Below, piece after piece: positions 26,401-35,900 of a stretch of DNA of 64,000 bases. This DNA is from a virus: the UHGV virus genome UHGV-1366603. One strand, written 5' to 3'. Position 1 is the stretch's first letter. Every line of letters starts with the position of its first letter. The notes beneath the pieces were generated by a model, which was not told the origin of the DNA, searched no databases, and saw only the letters and a program-made list of their open reading frames with translations. A program made the position numbers and the translations under genes.

Positions 26401-28683
26401 GAGGTTATCCCCGAATTGTCCCATCTCCCCGTTTAGGGTTACACGTTCAAATTCTAACGTAGTGTTAGTAGACAAATCGGCTTTACGTAATCGCCATGCT
26501 GCAACAGCGTAAGCAGAGTTATTTACCGTAGAGCGGAGAAGATAAACGTAGTCATCAACCAACACAACATCATCGGTTTCTGGCCACGGATTCCAGGTTT
26601 GTTCCGTAGTACCGCTGGGGTTGCCGTTACGGTACACAGGCATCGTAACGCGGCATACCACCGTGTGCTTAGTGTGGTCCATCGAGCCATTAAACAGTAC
26701 CAAATAACGGTTATTATCAGAACCCAGGCAAATAATCGCTTCCTGGCCGCCGATCAATATCGCTTTTAGGGTCACTCCAGGATATTTACTCATCCCGGCA
26801 GGGTGATATTTCACTGAGGTCTGCTGCGGATTTACAAACGCGTTTGACGTGTTAATGTCCGCGTAGCCGTAATAAATAGCTTCTGTACCCGGTACGCCAT
26901 TAGAACCGTTACGTAGCGAATAAACCTTACCCTGCTGATGCCCAACAACCCCTTTCTGGTAGGACTGGTTTTTGGTGTAGCCTGCGTAGTTACCTAACGC
27001 TGGGATAGGTAAGAAGTTCTTGTTACCGAATTTCGCACCGCCTACCGTCCACGCCGGTAAGATGGTATTCAGTTTATCAGAGACCTTCTTAATCTCTTTT
27101 GCGAACAACCACCCTTGACGTGACGTGACAGCTTTATCATTAGTGGTGTCAATCGCATCCCACAGCTGTAAGATACCGTCAACCGTTGCACTACCAATTG
27201 GGACGTTATCCAAGTCAGCAGTGGTGTGGGTGTGCGTTTTCAAACTCTTGTTTTTCAACACGTTCGTTAACGCTTTTGTCACCGGCTTAGCACTCGGTAT
27301 GGTGTTATCCATCTTATCGATACCGAAATCGGTTTTCGTTAAGGTTAACACCATCTTGTCGCCCGTCTTAACAAACCCTTTACCGTTAACGGTATAGTCA
27401 TCGTCAACGTACAAGTCCAAACGGTCTTTTAATTCTGTTACAGCTTTCTGGGAGATGGCAGTACCTAACGCCGCAGACGTAGAGATATTCGTAATCGAGA
27501 ACAGCCCGTAAACCGATTCGGACGCTGTGGGAATATTCGCGTTTAACGTGACCGGGTTAGTCTGTTTTGCGGTACCGTACGGTTTTACGGTGTCTGACGC
27601 TTTGAAATACGCGTTTGCTTCAAGCAACGTTACTGACGTCAGATACATGTTCACCATTTCCGGTGTGACCAGATACACGGAGTTATAAACTGGCGCTAAT
27701 ACATCCTGTTCTGACCCCGAGTGAACCCAAAGCGTATTCAGACCCGCACTGAATTCAACCGCTAAACCCGATTCATTGTTGTCCTGGTCTGCTTTAATCA
27801 CCAACGGTTGTGGCGAGGTAATTAACCACTTATCGCCACGAATACTGATGATGTGGCCACCTGACGTTTTAAACGTTAATTCATTACCGTTCGTGGTACC
27901 CCATCGACCGTAAACGGTGCCGAGGGCTTCACCCATTAACTGGTCAACATCAGATTGTTCGATACCCGCTGAACCCATCAGCGTGGCCAATTCGTCAATC
28001 GTTAACCCAAACGCTTTAGTAGCGTCAACCGCACGTCCTAATACGGGGAGCGCAGCAACGTCGTCAGTGGTATAGTGATGCGCGTTAGGGTTACGGTGAT
28101 GCTGGTATAATTCTTCGTCGAAAACCTTTTTCCCGTTCTCGTAAATCAGGTTAGTGACTTCACTGAACGCAGCATCTAATTCCGTAGAACGTTTGATGAT
28201 TTTCTTACGAATGTCTTCTAACGCCTTAACGACCTCATCCATCAGAATCGCTTCTTCTAAGTTAGCAGGCGGGTCGATAGGCTGGATAACCGGCGCATAC
28301 GCCATTAGTTCAGACCAGTCCACGTTACGTGGGTCTTTCAGGTCAGTGCGAACTAAGAACTTCCCGATTTCAGATTGCGGTACACGGTATTGACGTGCTA
28401 CCCCTAAAATCTCATATTCGATTTCTGTTGCGGTAAGCAACATAAACCCGCCGTAAATCTGATCTTGCTCAGCTTCTGCGAGTTCTTTAAAGTAATAGCC
28501 TAAATAGTAGTCCAACCCCTCAATCAGAGTACGACGTCCGTTAGGCGCGGTATCGTCGGCTACTGTGAGTTTTAATCCGATACGATAAAAAGGTCCTTCA
28601 GGCGGAATGACCACGTTAAATCGGTTAGGGTACGTTGCTGTGCTTAGCGTACCGTTAAACTGCGCCGCGTCTTCTCTCGGCAT
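23500..28683 (-). CDS. Large tail fibre / tailspike-like structural protein (1727 aa)
   Basis: Single uninterrupted ORF; N-terminal PPEGPFYRIGLKL...GLDYYLGYYF anchor-like module; RBS aggag upstream. Confidence 0.6.
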   Translation of the reverse strand: MPREDAAQFNGTLSTATYPNRFNVVIPPEGPFYRIGLKLTVADDTAPNGRRTLIEGLDYYLGYYFKELAEAEQDQIYGGFMLLTATEIEYEILGVARQYRVPQSEIGKFLVRTDLKDPRNVDWSELMAYAPVIQPIDPPANLEEAILMDEVVKALEDIRKKIIKRSTELDAAFSEVTNLIYENGKKVFDEELYQHHRNPNAHHYTTDDVAALPVLGRAVDATKAFGLTIDELATLMGSAGIEQSDVDQLMGEALGTVYGRWGTTNGNELTFKTSGGHIISIRGDKWLITSPQPLVIKADQDNNESGLAVEFSAGLNTLWVHSGSEQDVLAPVYNSVYLVTPEMVNMYLTSVTLLEANAYFKASDTVKPYGTAKQTNPVTLNANIPTASESVYGLFSITNISTSAALGTAISQKAVTELKDRLDLYVDDDYTVNGKGFVKTGDKMVLTLTKTDFGIDKMDNTIPSAKPVTKALTNVLKNKSLKTHTHTTADLDNVPIGSATVDGILQLWDAIDTTNDKAVTSRQGWLFAKEIKKVSDKLNTILPAWTVGGAKFGNKNFLPIPALGNYAGYTKNQSYQKGVVGHQQGKVYSLRNGSNGVPGTEAIYYGYADINTSNAFVNPQQTSVKYHPAGMSKYPGVTLKAILIGGQEAIICLGSDNNRYLVLFNGSMDHTKHTVVCRVTMPVYRNGNPSGTTEQTWNPWPETDDVVLVDDYVYLLRSTVNNSAYAVAAWRLRKADLSTNTTLEFERVTLNGEMGQFGDNLCLRIGQKTEESQTGQFFTYLTPEGRAKWTIGRNFVHGPECNHACAVRDSVIRVNHVPTVWFAAADGSTINFRQWATSFTIDTLTGKVTLEGRERFPIKADATTLSFADGSTVETSRKWGGGQANNRCFATYAKPNGTGMMLSCWQINDADQMTNVSIKGTQGKELFDYLRYDNPNNTSGEGTFTWDKGRGSIYTIGLSHPVGIGGSNKVWLSNPRNRYTIEVEVDPNKPYDVPGYSGYGPNNNRREVDATLYEQLSCMAACMTPEERHGQLNGWYLTKAETFPYRNIYGNFALSSERLTLEEADRQKMIRMIVDGAPSGQANGYANERISAAHQTGNALFALWMLGINTVCEFDLLQVSCMKTSSNGRRILDIYYFMVSPSKENGYLRFNSATFKLVDWFLDLDYGLSYQSLREEAGNKTRRVGQPIFASADGVNFGIWLPYTLTIRNIGDLNALGYAAKYTYDPGSGWSRVPGKSQLRQMAPAHNPESGCYMGAGNWDKMALIYSKADRVFCSGNAYTAAEFVNDTTFSTGGQAVIIAGVETAEGWILYLTEEVKLDFGSSSYTLPTWSVDLSSEFPSNHANQTFYVHAEVSGSTAQYRIGLEQLADTSTRLFVGTVTTDSSRITDISIDKVKRLGRVKELEDHAAIIDQHDVAAAFDRKTGPLLTLVNKPVKAPTASATKGEGYVDGQKWGSLSGITTRPKLPIQETYSGYKSVARVAYENCADQFWQKAVAANIATATASENTQAASANMKWIGAYTKPTTGTYAYLALSLRVQVPGNPGTANRALKLRLAAPTGIVEARYAINQAGGTMTEQTVTLTANQYLEKEHAGFKPAEEVRVHVTFVIPKNEYESYRTKFGAVQLIDVETGTTIKQADIDTPFFVFTDSELSAQSGLVYKAVKGQFDNLPSEPTLIVRDGQTGTNPPVKSSYANGTLTVYVATAYDAVNPAETRDIDKLQFNLMFTS

Positions 28684-28715
28684 CGTAAAGACTCCTACTT
28701 TTAAATAAAATGGAT

Positions 28716-28740
28716 ACCCCTCCCCATTACAGGGAGGGGT
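28716..28740 (-). terminator. Intra-operon hairpin with U-rich tail (possible partial terminator or attenuator)
   Basis: On the minus strand, acccctccc-tgtaatg-gggaggggt is followed by atccattttatttaaaag, just before the RBS of the 1727-aa gene. Confidence 0.45.
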
Positions 28741-28777
28741 TACCTACGGACACACAACTGCCCGCAGGCAGCCTGTC

Positions 28778-31700
28778 CTAAGTACGATCCCCTAACTGCT
28801 TCCCGTTAAGTTCTCGTTTCAGTACAGAAAGTATCCATTTCCACGCTTTACTCGTGATATGGTACGGATTGCGTTTCTCCATTAAGAACTGCTTTTCACC
28901 GCTACGCAGTTCGAAGCTCTGCGCATTAAGCTGATCCTGACGAGTGCTTTGCTCATCAGTCACTTCTAACGAACAGGTAAAGTTAAGCTCGTAACCTTCA
29001 GGATTATTACCCGGCGGGTCTAAGACAATATAGATGTCCTGACCTACACGTAAATCCGTTGGAGTGATGGTAATCGCTTTACCCACATCGGCGTTAGTCG
29101 ACAGAGCAAACTCTGCACTATCGGTAGACGCTAAGAATGGGTCTTTCCCTGCGTCACCGATAATCACCTTACCCGGCCAGTTACTTTTTATCGTTCCTGA
29201 CACTCTTGCAATTCGGTACTGTTGTTTATCAACACCTTGTGCAAAACGGAGAATGAGTTTGTGACGATAACGACTTGCAGCAGCCTTAGTCGTACTCCAC
29301 TCGTTGTTCCAGGAAGTATGCAGTTCGTTTTTCTTCGCCATCAGCGCACCGCGAGACAGCTTACGGTCAAAGAACTGCGCAGGTAACTGCCCATCGTGAG
29401 AAACCGCAACGCTTCCCTGACCAGTTGGTAAAGCAATGCTTTCCGTAACGCGGTATTTTTGACTAATCTCATAAGTCGCAGGGTCAATCACAGACTGACT
29501 ATAATCAGCGTCTTTGTTATCAGCCAAATACCCAACGGATGAATCCAGATACGACTCAAACAGCGAACGTAAGTAATGATACTTATCAATGTTGATGTTG
29601 TTCGTAACCGGATCAATCAGCGCATGGCTAATCGTTACTCGGCATTTCGCACTCAGTTCTTTAAACGACAACCCTATTCCGTCACCGGTAAAATAATCCA
29701 CTAAGTCGAACGGGAATTGAATTTCCAACTGACGTTGTTTAACTGTCGTCGTCCCAAACTGCGAGAACGACAACGCTAAACGTAACACACGCGTACTCAC
29801 GTTATAGCGATAACGAATCATGCCACGAGGCGCATGGTTTGCAGAGATTTTATCTCGGGCGGCACCCCAACCAATCAAATCGAGAATCGCGGGGTTGGTT
29901 TCTTCACCGTTGAACAACACGTCCTTAAACGTTGCGTCAATCGCTGTTTCCCCAGACTCTTCCATTACCAACGGAATGTCAGTAACGTCTGAAACCGAAC
30001 GGGAACCAATCCCCAACTTACACTCTTTGGCCGTCAGGTCAATACGTACGTAACGACGCTTAACACTCGCACCTTGCGTTGACGTACACAGCACCAAATC
30101 CGGTGCAGCAGTAAGCGCTTGCGCCCCACCGACGTCGTCAACATCGAATGCAAACGAGCCTTCGAAGGTCGGTGCGTTGTTTTCTTTCGGGTTAAACGGT
30201 GTAAACCAACAATACGGCGTAGCACCTTCAGGTATCACAACGTATTGAAGACTGGATTTCACGTTTTGGTTGTGTGCGTAAGTATAAAGACCGCGACTGA
30301 CAAGATGGAAAACATCACCTGTACCGGCTGTTAACGCTTTCCTAAAGATACACGCTCTTGGTTCGGCAACAGCACGGTTTAATAACGGCAACCGTGGGTT
30401 ATCCGTTAACGCCCAGTCCACAGAACTGAGTCCGTGTGCTTTACGCGTGGCGATGTGTCCACTAACCTCGGCACTTTTCCCGAAATCAAACGTGGTTTCG
30501 AACCCAACTGTTTTATTCGCGTAATTCTCACCAGCAACAATATCAACGTAACCGATATAGCCACGTTCAGGATCAACTGCGATGCTCTGAATCGGTTCAG
30601 CACGCGAATATAGAGAGCCTGTGAGCATGTTAACGTACAGATAGTGACGAATCCCTACGTGCGTGGTAACAAACTCCTGGAGAAGCTCTACGCGCGTTTC
30701 AGGGCCACTGAAGTAAACAGGGTAATTCCCATCGTAAACTTCAAACTGTACCGCTGCGGACTTAGCCGTATCGCTACACTCAGCTTTAACCGCTACTGTG
30801 TAGTTTTCAACGTCCGATGACGTTTCGTACACTGCAACGAGCGGAGACTCGCCTGACGCTGCCAGGACACCGTTAATGTAAACCGTAACCGGACCGCCGC
30901 CCGCAGCATAAACCCAGAGCTTCGGTTGGTACGCCCTTACACGCGTTTTTGCCAATACCGTAACCACTGACTGGTCACCCATCTGCGTGGCAGTTTTACC
31001 CACCGGGACAGACTGGAACCCCATCAACGGCGGTTCTTCAATACCTGTCCAGTTGATTCCCGTACCGTTACTCACCTTACCCGTAGGCCAGGTCAGTTCA
31101 AGCTGGTTGTTCGGTGAGAACCAGTTAAACATCGGGGTGGTTTGCAGGTCAATCGCACCAGTAACGGTGCTGTCGCCTTTCGTCCCGTCCAGCAAATAGA
31201 AATATTTCAAATCCTGAACGGAGATTGACGTACCCTGGCTATTAAAACGCCAGTCCGCACCTTTCACAGCAGCGAAGTCAGTTACCGTGCCTTCTTTCGC
31301 GTTTGCAATTGCCGCAGCGACCACATCTAAACGTGCTGAAAGCTCTTTTAGGATGTTCGGTACCACTGCACGGTTTTCAACTAAGCCGTTCTGGTTAGTT
31401 GCGTAACGACCAATACCGTAAATCGTCTGCGAGGCTTTATAAATGCCTAACTCTGACCAGTCGTGATGGTGCCCGACGTCTGCTAAACCACTAACCGAAG
31501 CATTCAGTGCGGTCGACAACGGTTTGTCGAGGTCTGCGGTGTTATCCGCTTGCCCTAATCCCAGGTCAGCTTTCGTGATTGTCCTGGAACCGTCGTTCAT
31601 CGGCTTACCGTTAATCATGGTCGTTTTAGTCACGTACCCTGATAAGTCGGTTGAATACGGCGTTAATGATGCAGGCGTTGCAGCAACCCCAACCGTTTCT

Positions 31701-32962
31701 GTGCCTTTACCGGTTTTAAGCTTAACAACACCTTTTTCAGCGGTGGACGCTTTCGTTGGGTCGATAGTCCCCACGATAGGATCGGCACGAGAGCCTTTAC
31801 CGGTAAAACTAATCCCGTTACGGCCTTCGATATACACTTTGGAGTCATCAGGATCGCTACCGCCACTCCCGCCAGCATCAGGGTCTTGCTGATACTCCAT
31901 CAGCGCTGTGGTGGTCAACAACGGGTTACCGTTCAGGGTGAGTTTGTTCATCCCTAAAGCGTCGCCGGTTGACTCGATACGTAAGGTGTTTTTACCCGCA
32001 CGCCAGTTAATGTAACGTCCCGCACCTGTGCCTTCCAGATGCCCTACCGCTAATACCACAGAACCGTTGGATTTTAACGTAAAGCCATCATTCGCAAAAA
32101 TGATTTCTGACTCGCCGTTTTTCGAACGGAACTGTGCGCGGTTTCCTGACACCGTACAGTTAAACACACCCCGTACTTCCGAAGAAATCCAGTGAGAGAT
32201 ATACGTGTCGATAACCGACTGCGGTAAACGAAACGCTTTGAGTTCTTCCGTTAACGCTTTCAACTTTAACCCATACGCCATAAAGGTGTCGGGTGTTTTC
32301 AGGTTAACGGGATGGGCATTAATTTGTGCGCTCGTGGTTTCGTGCGGGTTCGTCGCGGCGATATGTGCTGGGTAGTTGAACGCTTCAATTTCTTTACCCA
32401 GCGCAGTCACTAACGCTTTAACTTCGGCTAATTTATCTTTAATTAGCTGGTTAGCATCATCGGTTTTCAGCTCAATATCGTGAATCGCTGACGCTAAATA
32501 TTTTTTGTTCAGCAAATCCGCCCAAGACGTTGCCGCAGGCGTAGCTGGATATAACGACGGCCTTCCGTCTAACAACAGCCAGTCTGCACTGACCGGGTTA
32601 TTCAAATATTTCACCAGCTCGTCGAGCATGTCAACGAACGGGTCGTAGAACGTACCGCCGAGCATTTGTCCTTCAAAGGTTACGATGCCTTTGATGGATG
32701 GGTTGATAAGGTGTACCCCACAATACACGTTGGCTGCTACCGAGTCATCCAGTTCCGTCAGCTGATATTGCAGTTCGTAGTCCACCCCACGGCTCAGTGG
32801 GGTGGTTGAACCTGGTTGTCTGACGACTAAATCTTCAAAGAACGGGCGATGGTCTAAAATCACCACCCGATCGTTGTTGTTTTCTGACCCGATGATACGC
32901 TCCTCTAAGAAGTGATTCTCGGTTTTCGTCCCCCGAGGATCGTAAGGATACGCTTTCATCAA
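28778..32962 (-). CDS. Large tail fibre / tailspike-like structural protein (1394 aa)
   Basis: N-terminal HRPFFEDLVVRQ...GVDYELQY anchor-like module; Gly/Thr/Ser/Asn-rich beta-type composition. Confidence 0.6.
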   Translation of the reverse strand: MMKAYPYDPRGTKTENHFLEERIIGSENNNDRVVILDHRPFFEDLVVRQPGSTTPLSRGVDYELQYQLTELDDSVAANVYCGVHLINPSIKGIVTFEGQMLGGTFYDPFVDMLDELVKYLNNPVSADWLLLDGRPSLYPATPAATSWADLLNKKYLASAIHDIELKTDDANQLIKDKLAEVKALVTALGKEIEAFNYPAHIAATNPHETTSAQINAHPVNLKTPDTFMAYGLKLKALTEELKAFRLPQSVIDTYISHWISSEVRGVFNCTVSGNRAQFRSKNGESEIIFANDGFTLKSNGSVVLAVGHLEGTGAGRYINWRAGKNTLRIESTGDALGMNKLTLNGNPLLTTTALMEYQQDPDAGGSGGSDPDDSKVYIEGRNGISFTGKGSRADPIVGTIDPTKASTAEKGVVKLKTGKGTETVGVAATPASLTPYSTDLSGYVTKTTMINGKPMNDGSRTITKADLGLGQADNTADLDKPLSTALNASVSGLADVGHHHDWSELGIYKASQTIYGIGRYATNQNGLVENRAVVPNILKELSARLDVVAAAIANAKEGTVTDFAAVKGADWRFNSQGTSISVQDLKYFYLLDGTKGDSTVTGAIDLQTTPMFNWFSPNNQLELTWPTGKVSNGTGINWTGIEEPPLMGFQSVPVGKTATQMGDQSVVTVLAKTRVRAYQPKLWVYAAGGGPVTVYINGVLAASGESPLVAVYETSSDVENYTVAVKAECSDTAKSAAVQFEVYDGNYPVYFSGPETRVELLQEFVTTHVGIRHYLYVNMLTGSLYSRAEPIQSIAVDPERGYIGYVDIVAGENYANKTVGFETTFDFGKSAEVSGHIATRKAHGLSSVDWALTDNPRLPLLNRAVAEPRACIFRKALTAGTGDVFHLVSRGLYTYAHNQNVKSSLQYVVIPEGATPYCWFTPFNPKENNAPTFEGSFAFDVDDVGGAQALTAAPDLVLCTSTQGASVKRRYVRIDLTAKECKLGIGSRSVSDVTDIPLVMEESGETAIDATFKDVLFNGEETNPAILDLIGWGAARDKISANHAPRGMIRYRYNVSTRVLRLALSFSQFGTTTVKQRQLEIQFPFDLVDYFTGDGIGLSFKELSAKCRVTISHALIDPVTNNINIDKYHYLRSLFESYLDSSVGYLADNKDADYSQSVIDPATYEISQKYRVTESIALPTGQGSVAVSHDGQLPAQFFDRKLSRGALMAKKNELHTSWNNEWSTTKAAASRYRHKLILRFAQGVDKQQYRIARVSGTIKSNWPGKVIIGDAGKDPFLASTDSAEFALSTNADVGKAITITPTDLRVGQDIYIVLDPPGNNPEGYELNFTCSLEVTDEQSTRQDQLNAQSFELRSGEKQFLMEKRNPYHITSKAWKWILSVLKRELNGKQLGDRT

Positions 32963-32972
32963 AAAATTCTCC

Positions 32973-35900
32973 TTAATCGCGAATGATTACCGCCTGCACT
33001 TTATTGTTGGTGTCGATAAACGACATTACGCGCTCCTTGTTAAGATAAGGAGGTATCGGTAACGCAGCGTAATCCGCCAGGTTGTTATTAAACTCGGTTG
33101 CCACTAGCGCATTAAGCGTTTCGGGGTCTGAGCTTGTCCCGGCCAATTCCATGACACGTACACGATTTAACGAGGAGTAGTTGCTAATATAATCCAGCAG
33201 CGTACCGTAGAGTTTGTTCCCGGTTATGCTGTCTGCCGTAGAACGGATATTAGCACGCACTTCGTCCTCATAAAGTCCCCCTAAACCGTAGTAAATAGGG
33301 GTGTACGGATCGTTAACGATAGGTGCAATATTGAACCCGGTTAAACGGTCGCTTAGTGGGATTTTCTGCGTAGTGCCGCCTGCTGCTGTACAGCTTACGT
33401 ATTTATCTACCGCAGACAAGTACACCACGATAGTGTAAACGGTACCTGCTAAGGTCAGCGATGCGTTAAACGTTAAGTCGTTATTCGCACCACGCGTGTG
33501 TGTAAAAGTCACATCGGGTTGTAACGTACTCCACGGTGCAGGTGTAACACGTTTGGTGGGCGTGAAGCCTAACACCACAGATTTCCCGTTACCGAAGTTT
33601 AAACCAAACCCGGCGTAACAATACTCGCCGTTGCTATCAGTTAACCGATAACCACGGGTGACAAGTAACGACAACCGCATAAACTCGCCATCGGTGTTTT
33701 TCCAGCAACCCAGGACGGTTTCTAGCACCGTTCCGGTTTTTGCGTTGCTTTCGGTTTCCCAACTGACTCGCATCCCCGCATTGTTAAATACTGGGAACAA
33801 GTTGTGGATAAACCCGTGAACGTTATCACTTACCCCTTTCGCATCAAACACCCACTTCGACGCAAGCTGGTCGTATTTCACACCATCGAGTGCTTTATAT
33901 CCACCGCCAACCACATAACGCCAATCTGCCTCGCCACGCACAACCGCTTGAAGTCCAGAAGCCCAGCAGGGCGCACCTACTGTTAAATTGCTTAACCCCA
34001 GCACTGCACGCGGAGCAGAACGCTGAATATGTGCGTTGTCATTAGCGACGTGGTCTTTCAATTCACGGAAATCGCCTAACCGTGTCACGTTACGTAGTTC
34101 AGTAACGAACACTTCAGAAAGGTCGTTAATACCGATCAGCCCCACGCGCGTCATGGTATCCGTTTCAGCCTGACTGTAGCTGTCGTGAATAATATACTTC
34201 GCTTTGTTATCGACAATGTCAACAAAAATCCCTGCGTAAATTTCCTTATTCAGATTCGGGAAACGTTCAGTGACGTTAACCGACATCAACGGCACGTCGT
34301 ACGTTTCGCCGCCAATGAAATACGTGGAAGCAGGAAGTGTCACCAGGATTTTGTCTTTAACCGTAACGTCAATTAGGTCGTTACCGGACTTACCAAAGCG
34401 AATAATGTCAACGCGAGCACCCGAGTCAACCCCACCGACGGTATTCTCCAAATCTTCAATCTGGGAAGTCTGCGCCATCACCACACTACCATCGAGTGCT
34501 AAGGTGACATCATCCACATCCAGACCGAACTTAATCAGACCCCGTTTCGTGGTGTCTGCGTTTTCAACACCGAACACAGAAGACGGGTGTTGGTGAACCT
34601 TCGGTGAGTATTTGTCTAACTCAGTCTGTTGTGCAACAGAAATCGGTAAGTCAACGTCCGGGGTATTCGCAACGTTACCTAAACCAAAGGTAATTTTGTC
34701 GATAGTAACCGAACTGGTAAGCTGCATGTCGTTGATGTACGACTTGGCAGCAACCAACTTACCAGTAAACTCTGCGTCCAGTTTTTCAATTAGCGCAGGA
34801 GTCGCCGCGAGGTTTTCAGCCGTACCAAACTCGTCAGTCAACTGCCAACACGCTAACGTAGTAACGTCTTCGGCAACCGGAAGGATAAACGTTGCGACAA
34901 ACGGCGATGCTTTAATCCCGCTACCGGTAAGTTCCACCGTAGACGTCGACGCACCGTAGAACAGACCTGTACCGCCTGCGGTATTACCCGGCAAATACGG
35001 ACCGACCGTAGTGGGGTCTAAGAGCTTCTTACCACGCCACAACAATCCACGGTCATCGGGGTATAGCACAAGCTGGTTACCGCCTGCTTGTAACGTAACA
35101 GGGTTATTACCCACGTTAACATCGGTAGAACCTTGACCGATGAACTTAATGGATTTCGGATCAACGACGAACTGGGCACCTAAACGTTTTTCGTCAACTA
35201 CACCAGGTGCTTTCTTAATGGTAACCGTGTTACCTTTGTTTTGCGAACTAATAGAGACGCCGTCAGCAACATTATTGATCAGCGATTTAAAGTGATGCTG
35301 ATTCTCTAATGCTTCTAACGCAGCGTCCATGTTATCGAAGTTAATCCGGGAGCTATACGTTTTACCGTTTAAGCTAATAACGGCGTCAAACACGTTCCCT
35401 GTACGCTTCAGTTGAAAACGCAGCGTAAAATCCCCATCCGGTATTGCTGGATCAGGAGCTTGAGAAATGTACCGAACTGACGGTACCGGATTCCCGTAAC
35501 CGTGCAACGACAGTTCGATAGTAAGAGTACCACTCCGGACTTCACCGAAAATCTCTACGTACTTACCGGAGTTACTACCGGGATTTTCGTAGAAACGTAA
35601 ACCGGCCCTACCGACTGCCTCATTACCAGACGCTGTTTTACGTCCAGTAACAATAAAGTCAATATCTTGCAGGCTGGCGGGTACCGCGTTAAAAGAAGCA
35701 CTAAATCCATTCTTCGTTCCTGTGTAACGAAGTGCGCCGTGATACGTGCGACCTTGACTAACATAGCTTTCGCTAAAATAAGGATTCACGTATTTAGACA
35801 TCGAAACCGGATCAACTTCTGTCGTGAACGAAGTAAAACCGGATAGCGTTCCAATGGTTCCGTCGGCCGTTTTCGTAGTTGACGTGCGCAGTAGTTTCTT

